The notes below the pieces were generated by a model. That model was not told the origin of the DNA. It did no database searches and was given only the letters and a program-made list of their open reading frames with translations. The translations under genes were made by a program, and so were the position numbers. From Desulfobaccales bacterium (GTDB lineage: Bacteria; Desulfobacterota; Desulfobaccia; Desulfobaccales; 0-14-0-80-60-11), in contig JBAUPV010000030.1 of assembly GCA_049580385.1 (NCBI GenBank), positions 577,721 to 641,720 on the forward strand: a stretch of DNA of 64,000 nucleotides, in the 5' to 3' direction. Shown in pieces: positions 8,169 to 16,044 of this stretch (within the stretch, counting starts at the first letter, position 1; each line of letters opens with the position of its first letter).

Positions 8169-8849
8169 TCACAATTTCCCCAAAGGCGGCCAGCGGCTGG
8201 TAAAGGCGCGCTCCCCCAGGTGGCGGGCCAGAGCCAACCAGTGGCGGCCACTGGTGGCAAAATAACCCTGCTCCAGCCAAAGCCGGCCGGAGCTGATTAC
8301 CGGCGGGCTGAGCAGGCGCAGGCGGGTAAAGCGTTGGAGCCGAATCACCAGGTCCAGGTCCTCGGGCCGGCGATGGGCAAAGCCACCCAGGGCCTGGAAC
8401 AGCTCCCGTTTCAGGATGAGGACCTGGTCGCCATAGGGCAGGCCCAGCAGGCGGCTGCGCCAGTTGGCCCCCCGGGCGATAAACCTGAGCGCCGGCAGGG
8501 GCGGGTCGAGAGCCAGTTCAAAGGCGCCGGCGGCAAAGGTGGGATCTACCGCGGCCCGGCGCAATGCCGCCAGATGGGCGGGAGCCATCAGGGTGTCGGC
8601 GTGCAGGAAGGCCAGGAGGCCGCCCCGGGCGGCCCGGGCCCCGGCGTTCATCTGGCAGCCCCGGCCGCGGGGAGCCCGCAGGCGGCGGACCCAAGGATGG
8701 CGGCCCGCCACCTCCCAGGTGGCGTCGTCGCTGCCGCCGTCCACCAGGATGATCTCCAGGTCGGAGGCGGGCGGCAGCTGCGCCAGGGTCGCAGCCAGGA
8801 GCGGCGCTTCGTTCAACACCGGCAAAATGATGGATAGGCGCGGATTCAT
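8169..8849 (-). CDS. Family-2 glycosyltransferase
   Basis: MNPRLSIILPVLNEA...EIILVDGGSDD...FLHAD: GT2 N-terminal signature with DxD-like DGGSDD. Start set at the ATG at 8849, because the longer ORF overlaps the divergent gene. Confidence 0.8.
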   Translation of the reverse strand: MNPRLSIILPVLNEAPLLAATLAQLPPASDLEIILVDGGSDDATWEVAGRHPWVRRLRAPRGRGCQMNAGARAARGGLLAFLHADTLMAPAHLAALRRAAVDPTFAAGAFELALDPPLPALRFIARGANWRSRLLGLPYGDQVLILKRELFQALGGFAHRRPEDLDLVIRLQRFTRLRLLSPPVISSGRLWLEQGYFATSGRHWLALARHLGERAFTSRWPPLGKL

Positions 8850-8909
8850 CGGCTCACAGTGATCCCTGCCCTGACCCAGAACCCTCCGGCAAAATTTCCG
8901 GCTCGAATC

Positions 8910-9578
8910 ATGAGCAGCCTGTGCATCATTTTCGCCAAAGAGCCGGTCCCTGGGCAAGTAAAAACCCGCCTGACCCCACCTTTCAGCCCTGGGGAGGCGG
9001 CCCGCCTCTATGGCGCTTTTTTGGCGGATGTCCTGGAGGAAACAGCCCGCATTCCCGAAATGGAGTGCGCCCTGGCTTATGCCCCACCCGGAGCGGGGAA
9101 ATTTTTCCGGGATTTGGCGCCCGGAGTGCGGCGGTTTCCCCAGGAGGGCCGTGATTTGGGAGAGCGCCAGGCCCGGGCCTTTGCTTGGGGCGCAGCCGCC
9201 GGTTTTCAAAACGTTCTGATCCGGGGCAGCGATACCCCGGACCTTCCCGGGGCCATCCTCTCGCAGGCCCGGCGGAGATTGGCCTCCGGGCCAGCCCGGG
9301 TGGTCTTGGGACCCGCCCTGGACGGCGGCTATTATCTGGTGGGACTCAGAGACCCCCAGCCGCAGCTATTTGCGGGGATTTCCTGGTCCAGCGCCGCGGT
9401 TCTGGCCGAGACCCTGAGCCGGGCCCGGGAACTCTCCCTGAGCGTCCATCTTCTGCGCTACTGGCAGGATATTGATAACTATGCGGATCTGATGGCTTTC
9501 CTGAAGAGGCCGCATCCGTCCCCCCGGGCCGGTTGGCGCAGTGACCGGATCGCCCGGGAGTTGTTGGCCGGTATCTGA
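8910..9578 (+). CDS. DUF2064-type (CofC-like nucleotidyltransferase fold) protein
   Basis: MSSLCIIFAKEPVPGQVKTRLTPP...IRGSDTPDL...GPALDGGYYLVGL. Divergent from the GT2 gene, 60 nt apart. Confidence 0.65.
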   Translation: MSSLCIIFAKEPVPGQVKTRLTPPFSPGEAARLYGAFLADVLEETARIPEMECALAYAPPGAGKFFRDLAPGVRRFPQEGRDLGERQARAFAWGAAAGFQNVLIRGSDTPDLPGAILSQARRRLASGPARVVLGPALDGGYYLVGLRDPQPQLFAGISWSSAAVLAETLSRARELSLSVHLLRYWQDIDNYADLMAFLKRPHPSPRAGWRSDRIARELLAGI

Positions 9579-9580
9579 GG

Positions 9581-9630
9581 CAGTGAGCAGTGAGCAGTTA
9601 CTGGCCACTGACTACTGGCCACTGATCACT
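9581..9630. repeat. Short tandem repeats (CAGTGAG x2; CTGGCCACTGA x2)
   Basis: CAGTGAGCAGTGAGCAGTTACTGGCCACTGACTACTGGCCACTGATCACT read directly after the stop at 9578. Confidence 0.75.
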
Positions 9631-9646
9631 ATTTTTCCTGATGGTT

Positions 9647-9675
9647 TTGCCCCTCTCAAGTGTTTCCATTATAAT
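9647..9675 (+). promoter_or_regulatory. Candidate sigma-70 promoter
   Basis: -35 TTGCCC (9647-9652), 17-nt spacer, -10 TATAAT (9670-9675). Lies 34 nt upstream of the ATG at 9709. Confidence 0.45.
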
Positions 9676-9708
9676 GGATGGGGTCATTATCCGGTGCCTT
9701 GAGGCTAA

Positions 9709-10431
9709 ATGCCAGAACCGATAACCGAAAACTCCGATAGAGACAACGGCTTTCAGGGGACAGTCCCCTGGTTGCGCCCCTTAATCTTCCTCCTGGTGCT
9801 GGCGGTCCTGTTGATTATCGGCCGGGCCTTGCATCTCCAGGAGTATCTCCAGGAAGACCGTCTGGGTCGCTTGATTGCCTCTTGCGGGATATGGGGGCCG
9901 TTGGTCTATCTGCTGATTTGGGCCATCGCGCCGTCGCTGTTCATCCCGGCGCTGCCCCTGGTCGTGGCCGGCGGTATCCTGTTCGGCCCCGTGGGGGGAG
10001 TGGTTTACTCCATCCTGGGCGCCTCGGCCGGTTCGTCGCTCGCCTTCCTGGTGTCCCGCTACCTGGCCAGGGACTGGGTGGCGGCCAAAATCAGCGGCTC
10101 CAAGTTGGCTCACCTGGATGAGCTGGTGGGCCGGCACGGCTGGAAAATCGTGGCCTTCACCAGGCTCGTCATCGTGCTGCCGTTTTTCTTGCTCAATTAC
10201 GCCTTCGGCCTCACCCGGGTCGGTTTTTGGCCGTATGCGCTGGCCACCCTGTTCGCCCTGCTCCCTTCCATCACTGCCACTGTATTGGTGTCCAGCAACC
10301 TCTTGGGTCTCCTCCGGGGCCAGGTTTCCATATGGCTGCTCCTGGGGATCCTCTTGCTGGCGGTGGTCGGCCTGCTGCCCTTGATTTACCGGAGAGTCAA
10401 GGCGCAGCAAGGAGAGTCGGTGGAACTCTGA
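9709..10431 (+). CDS. TVP38/TMEM64 (DedA-related) membrane protein
   Basis: 240 aa, multiple TM helices. Family block VVAGGILFGPVGGVVYSILGASAGSSLAFLVSRYLARDWV. Confidence 0.8.
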   Translation: MPEPITENSDRDNGFQGTVPWLRPLIFLLVLAVLLIIGRALHLQEYLQEDRLGRLIASCGIWGPLVYLLIWAIAPSLFIPALPLVVAGGILFGPVGGVVYSILGASAGSSLAFLVSRYLARDWVAAKISGSKLAHLDELVGRHGWKIVAFTRLVIVLPFFLLNYAFGLTRVGFWPYALATLFALLPSITATVLVSSNLLGLLRGQVSIWLLLGILLLAVVGLLPLIYRRVKAQQGESVEL

Positions 10432-10449
10432 TGCAATGTTTAAGGCGGA

Positions 10450-11430
10450 ATGATAAGAATGGCTGGTAAAAGGAGGCAGAGGCGGCTTCTCTGGCTGATC
10501 CCCGTGATGCTGCTGTCGGCCTGGTGGGCCCTATCCTGGTGGCCGCACCTGGCGGTGGGGACCCCCTCGGCGGATGAAGTTCCGCCCGGGGTCCTGATCA
10601 AGGCGGAGCAACTGAAGGTCCTTATCGATAAAAAGGTCCCTCATCTCCGCATTATCGATTTTCGCCCCCTGACCAATTATTATCTGGGGCACATCCCGGG
10701 CGCCATCCATATCTGGCGGCCCGAAACCGAAAACCGGGACCAGTCCTTTCCGGGCCAGCCGCCCGCGGCCAAGCAACTGGAAACCGTTTTAGGCCGCCTG
10801 GGGGTCGGCAACCGGGACACCCTCATCATCTATTCGGACCAATGCGACCAGACCCACCTCTGGTGGCTCCTGGCTTACTACGGTTTGCCCCCCAACCGGA
10901 TGAGGTTGCTGGACGGCGGCTTCGAGGCCTGGAAGGCCAAAGAATTTCCCACCCAGCTCACTGCGCCCCAGTTCCAGCCGGTATCTTTCCGGTTCCCGTC
11001 AAAGTCCGGGGTAGGCACCCTGCTGGCCACTCTGCAGCAGGTCAAAGGAGCTCGTGGGGGGCCCCAGCAGGTCATCCTGGACGCGCGGCGTCAGTCGTTC
11101 TTTTCGGGAGAGGGGACCAAAGAAGGCGCGGCCCGGCCCGGACGTATCCCCGGCGCGGTGTCGGTCTTCTGGGAGGAGAACCGGGTGGCCTCGGGGCCTC
11201 TTAAAGGCTGCTGGAGGAGCCCCGGGGAACTTCGGGAGCTTTATGCCTCCCGGGGGGTGACCCCGGACAAGGACATTTATATCTACACCCACCACGAACG
11301 CTGCGCCGCTTTTAGCCTGGTGAGCCTCTACCTGGCGGGCTATCCCCTGGAGAAGCTGCACCTCTACGCCGGTTCCTGGATCGAATGGAGCCGCAGCCGG
11401 GAGCCCGCGGAGACCGGGCCGGCCAGCTAA
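10450..11430 (+). CDS. Membrane-anchored/exported tandem-rhodanese sulfurtransferase
   Basis: N-terminal RRQRRLLWLIPVMLLSAWWAL anchor. Two rhodanese-like halves (HIPGAIHIW...; RIPGAVSVFW...). Candidate active-site loop HHERCAAFS. Confidence 0.75.
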   Translation: MIRMAGKRRQRRLLWLIPVMLLSAWWALSWWPHLAVGTPSADEVPPGVLIKAEQLKVLIDKKVPHLRIIDFRPLTNYYLGHIPGAIHIWRPETENRDQSFPGQPPAAKQLETVLGRLGVGNRDTLIIYSDQCDQTHLWWLLAYYGLPPNRMRLLDGGFEAWKAKEFPTQLTAPQFQPVSFRFPSKSGVGTLLATLQQVKGARGGPQQVILDARRQSFFSGEGTKEGAARPGRIPGAVSVFWEENRVASGPLKGCWRSPGELRELYASRGVTPDKDIYIYTHHERCAAFSLVSLYLAGYPLEKLHLYAGSWIEWSRSREPAETGPAS

Positions 11431-11460
11431 TTTTTGCGGTTGCCGCTCCCTGATCCGACC

Positions 11461-12990
11461 CTAGCCGCTGATAGTCTTCTCCACCTGGATCTGGTGGGCC
11501 TTGAGCAGTTTCCACAGGGTTACCCGGCTGATGCCCAGAAGGCGGGCTGCCTCGCCCTTCCTGCCGCCGGTCTTGCTGATGGCCTCCAGGAGACGCTGCC
11601 GCGGCAGGGTGGCCCTGGGCGGCGACGCGGCCAGCCTGGCCTTCCCCGGCCCCTCCTTGGGGCCTTCTTTGGCCCGGCGGCCCAAGGCCGGCAGATGCTC
11701 CTTGCCAATGAGGCCTTCGGGGCAGAGCACAAAGGCGTATTCAATGACGTTGATGAGCTCCCGGACGTTACCGGGCCAGTCATGGGCGGCCAGAAGCTCC
11801 ATGACCTCCGGGTCAAGGCCGGTGATGGGCTTGCGGGTCTGGCGGCGGCCCCGTTCGATGAAGGCCTTGGCCAGCAAGGGGATATCCTCCCGCCGCTCCC
11901 TGAGGGGAGGCAGATGGATGGGGATGACCCCGATGCGGTAAAAGAGGTCCTCCCGGAAGCGGCCCAAAGCCATGAGACGGTGAAGGTCCTTGTTGGTGGC
12001 GGTGATCACCCGCACGTCCACCGTGATGGGCAGGTGGTCTCCCACTTTTTCGATGGTCTTTTCCTGGAGGACCCTTAAGAGCTTGGCCTGAGTAGCCAGG
12101 GGCAAATCTCCCACTTCATCCAGGAAGATGCCGCCGCCGTTGGCCGCCTCGAAGCGCCCCACGCGGGTGCGGTCGGCCCCGGTGAAGGCCCCTTTGACGT
12201 GGCCGAAAAGTTCGCTCTCCAACAATGACTCGTTGAGGGCGGCGCTGTTCACCTTGATGAAGGGTCCCTGGCGCCGGGGACCGAGACGGTGGATGGCCGC
12301 GGCCACCAGCTCCTTGCCGGTGCCGGATTCGCCGTAGATGATCACCGGCGCCTGGGATTGGGCGGCGGCGGAAATCAGGGTGAAGAGCTGCACCATCACC
12401 GGGGACTTGCCGATGATCCCGTGAAAGGCTTCCTCCTGTCCCAGCTCCCGGCGCAGGCTGGAGATGAAGAGCTGCATCATGTCCGGGGACGTCGAAGGCA
12501 AGGCGCGGCCCAGGTCTTCCCGGCTCAGCTCCCGGCGCAGGTGGGAGATGACGCGCTCTTTGGCCACCATCTCCCGGAGGTCGGTGAGGTTTTCGACTCC
12601 GGCCACCACCCGGCCGGCCCGATCCTGCAGGACGGCGCCATTCTTGAGAACCTGGATGTGGCTGCCGTCCTTGCGCTCCAGGGTGCATTGGCGGCGGCGT
12701 ACTGAGCCGCCCCGGAACAGCTCGCACTCCTTCCTCCCCCCCCGGCTTCCCGCATCCAGACAGTTTGGACACCTGAGGATGGTACAGGGTTGGCCTAGCA
12801 GGTCTTCCCGGCTGTAGCCGGTGATCTCCTCCAGGGCGGCATTGACTGCCAGGATGGCGCCCTGGGGGTCCACGATCAACAGGCCGTCCATCATGGTATC
12901 GATGACGGTCTTCCAAAACCCTTCCGGTTCCTGGCCGAATAGATTGTCCTTCAGGTGCGCCAGTGAGTCGGCGGGGGTCTCTTGGCTCAT
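11461..12990 (-). CDS. Sigma-54-dependent transcriptional activator with N-terminal PAS domain
   Basis: PAS (LLIVDPQGAILAVNAALEEITGYSREDLLGQPC) followed by a Cys-rich stretch (CTILRCPNCLD...C). AAA+ GESGTGKE, GAFTGA, IFLDEV. C-terminal HTH LLGISRVTLWKLLK. Confidence 0.9.
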   Translation of the reverse strand: MSQETPADSLAHLKDNLFGQEPEGFWKTVIDTMMDGLLIVDPQGAILAVNAALEEITGYSREDLLGQPCTILRCPNCLDAGSRGGRKECELFRGGSVRRRQCTLERKDGSHIQVLKNGAVLQDRAGRVVAGVENLTDLREMVAKERVISHLRRELSREDLGRALPSTSPDMMQLFISSLRRELGQEEAFHGIIGKSPVMVQLFTLISAAAQSQAPVIIYGESGTGKELVAAAIHRLGPRRQGPFIKVNSAALNESLLESELFGHVKGAFTGADRTRVGRFEAANGGGIFLDEVGDLPLATQAKLLRVLQEKTIEKVGDHLPITVDVRVITATNKDLHRLMALGRFREDLFYRIGVIPIHLPPLRERREDIPLLAKAFIERGRRQTRKPITGLDPEVMELLAAHDWPGNVRELINVIEYAFVLCPEGLIGKEHLPALGRRAKEGPKEGPGKARLAASPPRATLPRQRLLEAISKTGGRKGEAARLLGISRVTLWKLLKAHQIQVEKTISG

Positions 12991-13056
12991 AGGTCCTCCG
13001 CCCGGGGAGGGAGGTCGAATTCCCCAGGTTAAATGTTGGCGTTGCAGCCATTAACC

Positions 13057-13082
13057 AATGTTAACCATAAACCATTAACATT
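13057..13082. promoter_or_regulatory. Inverted repeat, candidate activator-binding site (UAS)
   Basis: AATGTTAA-N10-TTAACATT, perfect 8-bp arms. About 95 bp upstream of the -24 element at 13162 and 67 bp upstream of the divergent activator gene. Confidence 0.4.
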
Positions 13083-13134
13083 GTCAACAAGCGCCAGCGG
13101 CAGTTGTCATTATGTGATGTAATAACAGTATGTT

Positions 13135-13147
13135 AATCAAAATATAA
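13135..13147 (+). promoter_or_regulatory. IHF-like site between the UAS and the -24/-12
   Basis: AATCAAAATATAA against consensus WATCAANNNNTTR; one mismatch in the TTR part. Confidence 0.3.
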
Positions 13148-13161
13148 CTATTTCTTAACCT

Positions 13162-13177
13162 TGGCAGACTTCTTGCT
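13162..13177 (+). promoter_or_regulatory. Sigma-54 (-24/-12) promoter
   Basis: TGGCAGACTTCTTGCT against consensus TGGCAC-N5-TTGCW. GG at 13163-13164 and GC at 13175-13176 have the exact 12-nt offset. Divergent from a sigma-54 activator gene. Confidence 0.65.
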
Positions 13178-13307
13178 GTTCATCGTTAGACGGGGAAGCG
13201 CGGGTTGAACTGCCGCCCCAGACCGCACCCCACCGAGCCAACCTGCGACGGGAGAGGCCCGGGGAAATTTCTTGGAAAATATCTTACCTAAGGGACCTGA
13301 CTGAGCC

Positions 13308-13550
13308 ATGAAGAAAGCTCCGAACCTCGAGCCGAAATTGTTTGTCACTGACTTGGCCGTCCTGAACAAGATTTACCAAGCCGCCAAACTTTGTTTAAAA
13401 AGACCTTCCTTAACCACCAAAATGGCGCTGGAATCGACCATTGCCGAAGCGGAACAGACATTTTCATCCCCCCAATATTGCCCCCTGGGAGGCCCCGGAA
13501 CGGGATACGAGGATTTGGTCCTGAAGAACCCCCGGCCCTCAGGGTATTAA
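13308..13550 (+). CDS. Hypothetical 80-aa protein (uncertain)
   Basis: First ORF downstream of the sigma-54 promoter, ending 15 nt before the Usp gene. Weak RBS, no recognisable motif. Confidence 0.3.
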   Translation: MKKAPNLEPKLFVTDLAVLNKIYQAAKLCLKRPSLTTKMALESTIAEAEQTFSSPQYCPLGGPGTGYEDLVLKNPRPSGY

Positions 13551-13565
13551 TTAAGGAGGTAAGGC

Positions 13566-14045
13566 ATGTTTCAGAAAATTTTGGTGCCGATGGATGGTTC
13601 GGCGCTGGCCGCCAGGATTATCCCCCAGGTGGCGGACCTGGCCAAAAGCCAAAACGCCGAAGTCGTCCTGCTCAATGTCTATCCCGACTGGGGCGAGGCC
13701 ACCTCCCCGGAGGTGAAGGCACTCATCGAAGGCGAAGTGAAGCAATGCGAGGCATTTCTGGCCCAGGCCGCCCAGGATTTGACGGCCCAGGGGGTGCAGA
13801 CCAAGGTTGCCTGTGTCCAAGGCACGCCGGCTCATGAAATTATCAATTATGCCAACCAAAACGGACTGGACCTGATCGCCATGGCCACCCACGGCCGGGG
13901 CGAAGTCGCCTGGGTCCTGGGCAGCGTGGCCGAAAAGGTGATGAGTCACGCCACCGTGCCGGTGCTGCTCTTCCGGGTGCTGGGGATTAAACCGCCGAAA
14001 ACCAAGGTAGATTTCCTGGACCTGCTCGACCGGGGCATTCCCTGA
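13566..14045 (+). CDS. Universal stress protein (UspA family)
   Basis: MFQKILVPMDGS...DLIAMATHGRG...GSVAEKVMSHATVPVLL, a classic Usp signature. RBS AAGGAGG. Confidence 0.85.
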   Translation: MFQKILVPMDGSALAARIIPQVADLAKSQNAEVVLLNVYPDWGEATSPEVKALIEGEVKQCEAFLAQAAQDLTAQGVQTKVACVQGTPAHEIINYANQNGLDLIAMATHGRGEVAWVLGSVAEKVMSHATVPVLLFRVLGIKPPKTKVDFLDLLDRGIP

Positions 14046-14115
14046 ACCCGGTGCCGGCGGGTCGCTGTATCCAGATCTTTTTGCCATATTCCCTAATTCA
14101 TTTCAGGAGGATTCC

Positions 14116-15279
14116 ATGCGAAAAAAAGGGTTGGTGATTTTGGGCGTGATTGCCCTACTGACGGTGGCGGCCACCCTGCTCTGGGCCGCGCCGTCTTTCG
14201 CCGACAAACTGTCCGAGGCCATTGCCCAGACACCCCAGGGCACCGGCCCGGGCATGATCCATCCCGGCGCCCCCAAGGGCTTTTTTGGGATTCCCGGGGC
14301 CCCTCACCATTTCTTCTTATTTTACATCCTATGGGGCATCTGGGTCGGCTGGATCTTCTCATCAGTAGGCGCCTTCGGCGGCATCATGGCCGGTGTGGGC
14401 CATATCAGTGTCTTCGGGCTCTCTGATTACGCCAGCGGTTTCAAAAATACCAGCCCCGGTTTGAACAAGCTGATGACCGATGCCATCCGCACCAGCAACC
14501 AGTATCTGGTGGGATTGTCGGCCTTGATTTCTTCCTTTACCTATTACCGCATGGGACGGCTGGTGCTGCCCCTGGGCTTATGTTTGGCCATTGGCGGCAT
14601 TCTCGCCGGCTACCTGGTCCCCCTGCTTACTGTGGGTCACATGAATGTCAGCCTCTATGTGGGCTTTTTCGGGGTCATCGTCTTCGCCGTGGCCTTCGTG
14701 CTCTTCTATGAAACCACATCTAAAGGCCAGGAGAAAAAGAAGGCTGCCAAGGCCGCAGCCAAGGCCTTTGAAGAAGCTCATATCAAGAAAACTACGCAGG
14801 TCAGCGCTGAGCATGTCAAAGGGGTGCAGGTCACCCATTGGGGCCTGAGCAAGATCTCTTTCACTTTTTATGGCCAGGAATTCTCCTTCAATCCCCTCTG
14901 GCCCCTGCTGGGCGGCTTTGTCATCAATGGCATCTCCGCCTTGATCGGGGTGGGAGGCGGCTTCCTCTATGTCCCTTTCCTCACCTCGGTGGCCGGTCTG
15001 CCCATGTTCATCGTGGCCGGCACTTCGGCCCTGGCGGTGCTGGTGGGCATGTTTGTGAACATCTTCAATATGATGGTGATGCGGCACGTGCCCGTGGATT
15101 TCCTTTTGATTAGCACCGAACTGATTGGCATCGCCATCGGCTCCGTGCTCGGTCCGCTCACCTCCAAGAACATCCCTGAAATCTGGCTGAAACGCATCTT
15201 CGTGATCCTGGCGGTGTACGTGGGCATCGGTTATCTCACCAAGGGCTTTATGGGTCATTCCATCTTACCGGGAATGTAG
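14116..15279 (+). CDS. TauE/SafE-family anion (sulfite/sulfonate) exporter-like membrane protein
   Basis: 387 aa. Two hydrophobic halves split by a Lys-rich loop (QEKKKAAKAAAKAFEE). Family-like block GVGGGFLYVPFLTSVAGLPMFIVAGTSALAV. Confidence 0.75.
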   Translation: MRKKGLVILGVIALLTVAATLLWAAPSFADKLSEAIAQTPQGTGPGMIHPGAPKGFFGIPGAPHHFFLFYILWGIWVGWIFSSVGAFGGIMAGVGHISVFGLSDYASGFKNTSPGLNKLMTDAIRTSNQYLVGLSALISSFTYYRMGRLVLPLGLCLAIGGILAGYLVPLLTVGHMNVSLYVGFFGVIVFAVAFVLFYETTSKGQEKKKAAKAAAKAFEEAHIKKTTQVSAEHVKGVQVTHWGLSKISFTFYGQEFSFNPLWPLLGGFVINGISALIGVGGGFLYVPFLTSVAGLPMFIVAGTSALAVLVGMFVNIFNMMVMRHVPVDFLLISTELIGIAIGSVLGPLTSKNIPEIWLKRIFVILAVYVGIGYLTKGFMGHSILPGM

Positions 15280-15343
15280 GAAAATCGAGCCAAAACAGAG
15301 AGAAGGTCCGGCCTGGTCCGGCCCTCCCTCTTGGTAAACAACC

Positions 15344-15937
15344 ATGGAGATGCCTTCCCTTTATCTCTTTCTGGATCCTTACCTGATTTGGTTTTACCGG
15401 CTGACAGGGCAGGGAGGGTGGAATTTTGTCATCGGCACCTCGGTGTTGGCCGTCCTGGCCATGCTGGTTGGTGAATTTACCTCCTCCCTGGCGTCTTTGC
15501 TGGTGCATCGGCACTTCACTCAGGTAGCCGGCGAAGCCAAGAAATATCAGGATTTGTCCATGGAGGCATTGAAGGCGGGTGACAGACCGGCCTATGAGGC
15601 GGCCAATAAACTGGCCAACGAGGCCTTCGGCCATGCCTTTTTCCAGCAGCTTACCATGTCCGCGACCTTCCTCTGGCCCGCCTTCTTCGCCTTGGCCTGG
15701 ATGTCCTACCGCTTTGCGGACCTAAAGTTCCCCGTGCCCTACCTCCATTTCTCCTTAGGGTATGTCGCGGTGTTCCTGTTTCTTTTTGTGGCCGCCTACT
15801 TTGTCTTTAAGCCGCTGAAGTACAGGATTCCCTATTTCCGCCGCATCAAAGCGATGTTGGACGCCTCCAGCCATGCGGCTCAGGAAATGAAAAGTTTTGC
15901 CGATCTGCCGGCGCCGGGCGCCGAGGGCAAGCCCTGA
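15344..15937 (+). CDS. Hypothetical integral membrane protein
   Basis: 197 aa with about 4 hydrophobic helices. Same strand and tight spacing within the operon. No motif recognised. Confidence 0.55.
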   Translation: MEMPSLYLFLDPYLIWFYRLTGQGGWNFVIGTSVLAVLAMLVGEFTSSLASLLVHRHFTQVAGEAKKYQDLSMEALKAGDRPAYEAANKLANEAFGHAFFQQLTMSATFLWPAFFALAWMSYRFADLKFPVPYLHFSLGYVAVFLFLFVAAYFVFKPLKYRIPYFRRIKAMLDASSHAAQEMKSFADLPAPGAEGKP

Positions 15938-16006
15938 AGGCGGAGGGCCGGCCTGCGCCTGACCATCCTAGGTTCTTATGGAAATAGTGATGGGTAAACA
16001 AAAGAC

Positions 16007-16015
16007 TGATATAAT
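16007..16015 (+). promoter_or_regulatory. Candidate extended -10 promoter (internal)
   Basis: TGaTATAAT at 16007-16015 in an AT-rich 100-nt gap, 30 nt upstream of the ATG at 16045. No good -35. Confidence 0.35.
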
Positions 16016-16044
16016 CAAAATAAATAATTTACAGGAAGGCTGCC

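Noticed and set aside
1-9630. Possibility that the short tandem arrays are CRISPR arrays
   Set aside because: Period is 7-11 nt with no unique spacers of 25-40 nt, and there are no cas genes in the window.
12116-13051. 311-aa minus-strand ORF in an alternative frame of the PAS/sigma-54 activator
   Set aside because: Arg/Pro/Gly-rich shadow frame. The 11461-12990 frame has Walker A/B, GAFTGA and an HTH.
13148-13369. 73-aa minus-strand ORF in the activator/Usp intergenic region
   Set aside because: It overlaps the sigma-54 promoter and the plus-strand small ORF. It has no RBS and a low-complexity product.
13425-13446. TGGAATCGACCATTGCC as a sigma-54 promoter closer to the Usp gene
   Set aside because: The GG-to-GC offset is 13 rather than 12. 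The consensus-quality site at 13162-13177 is preferred.
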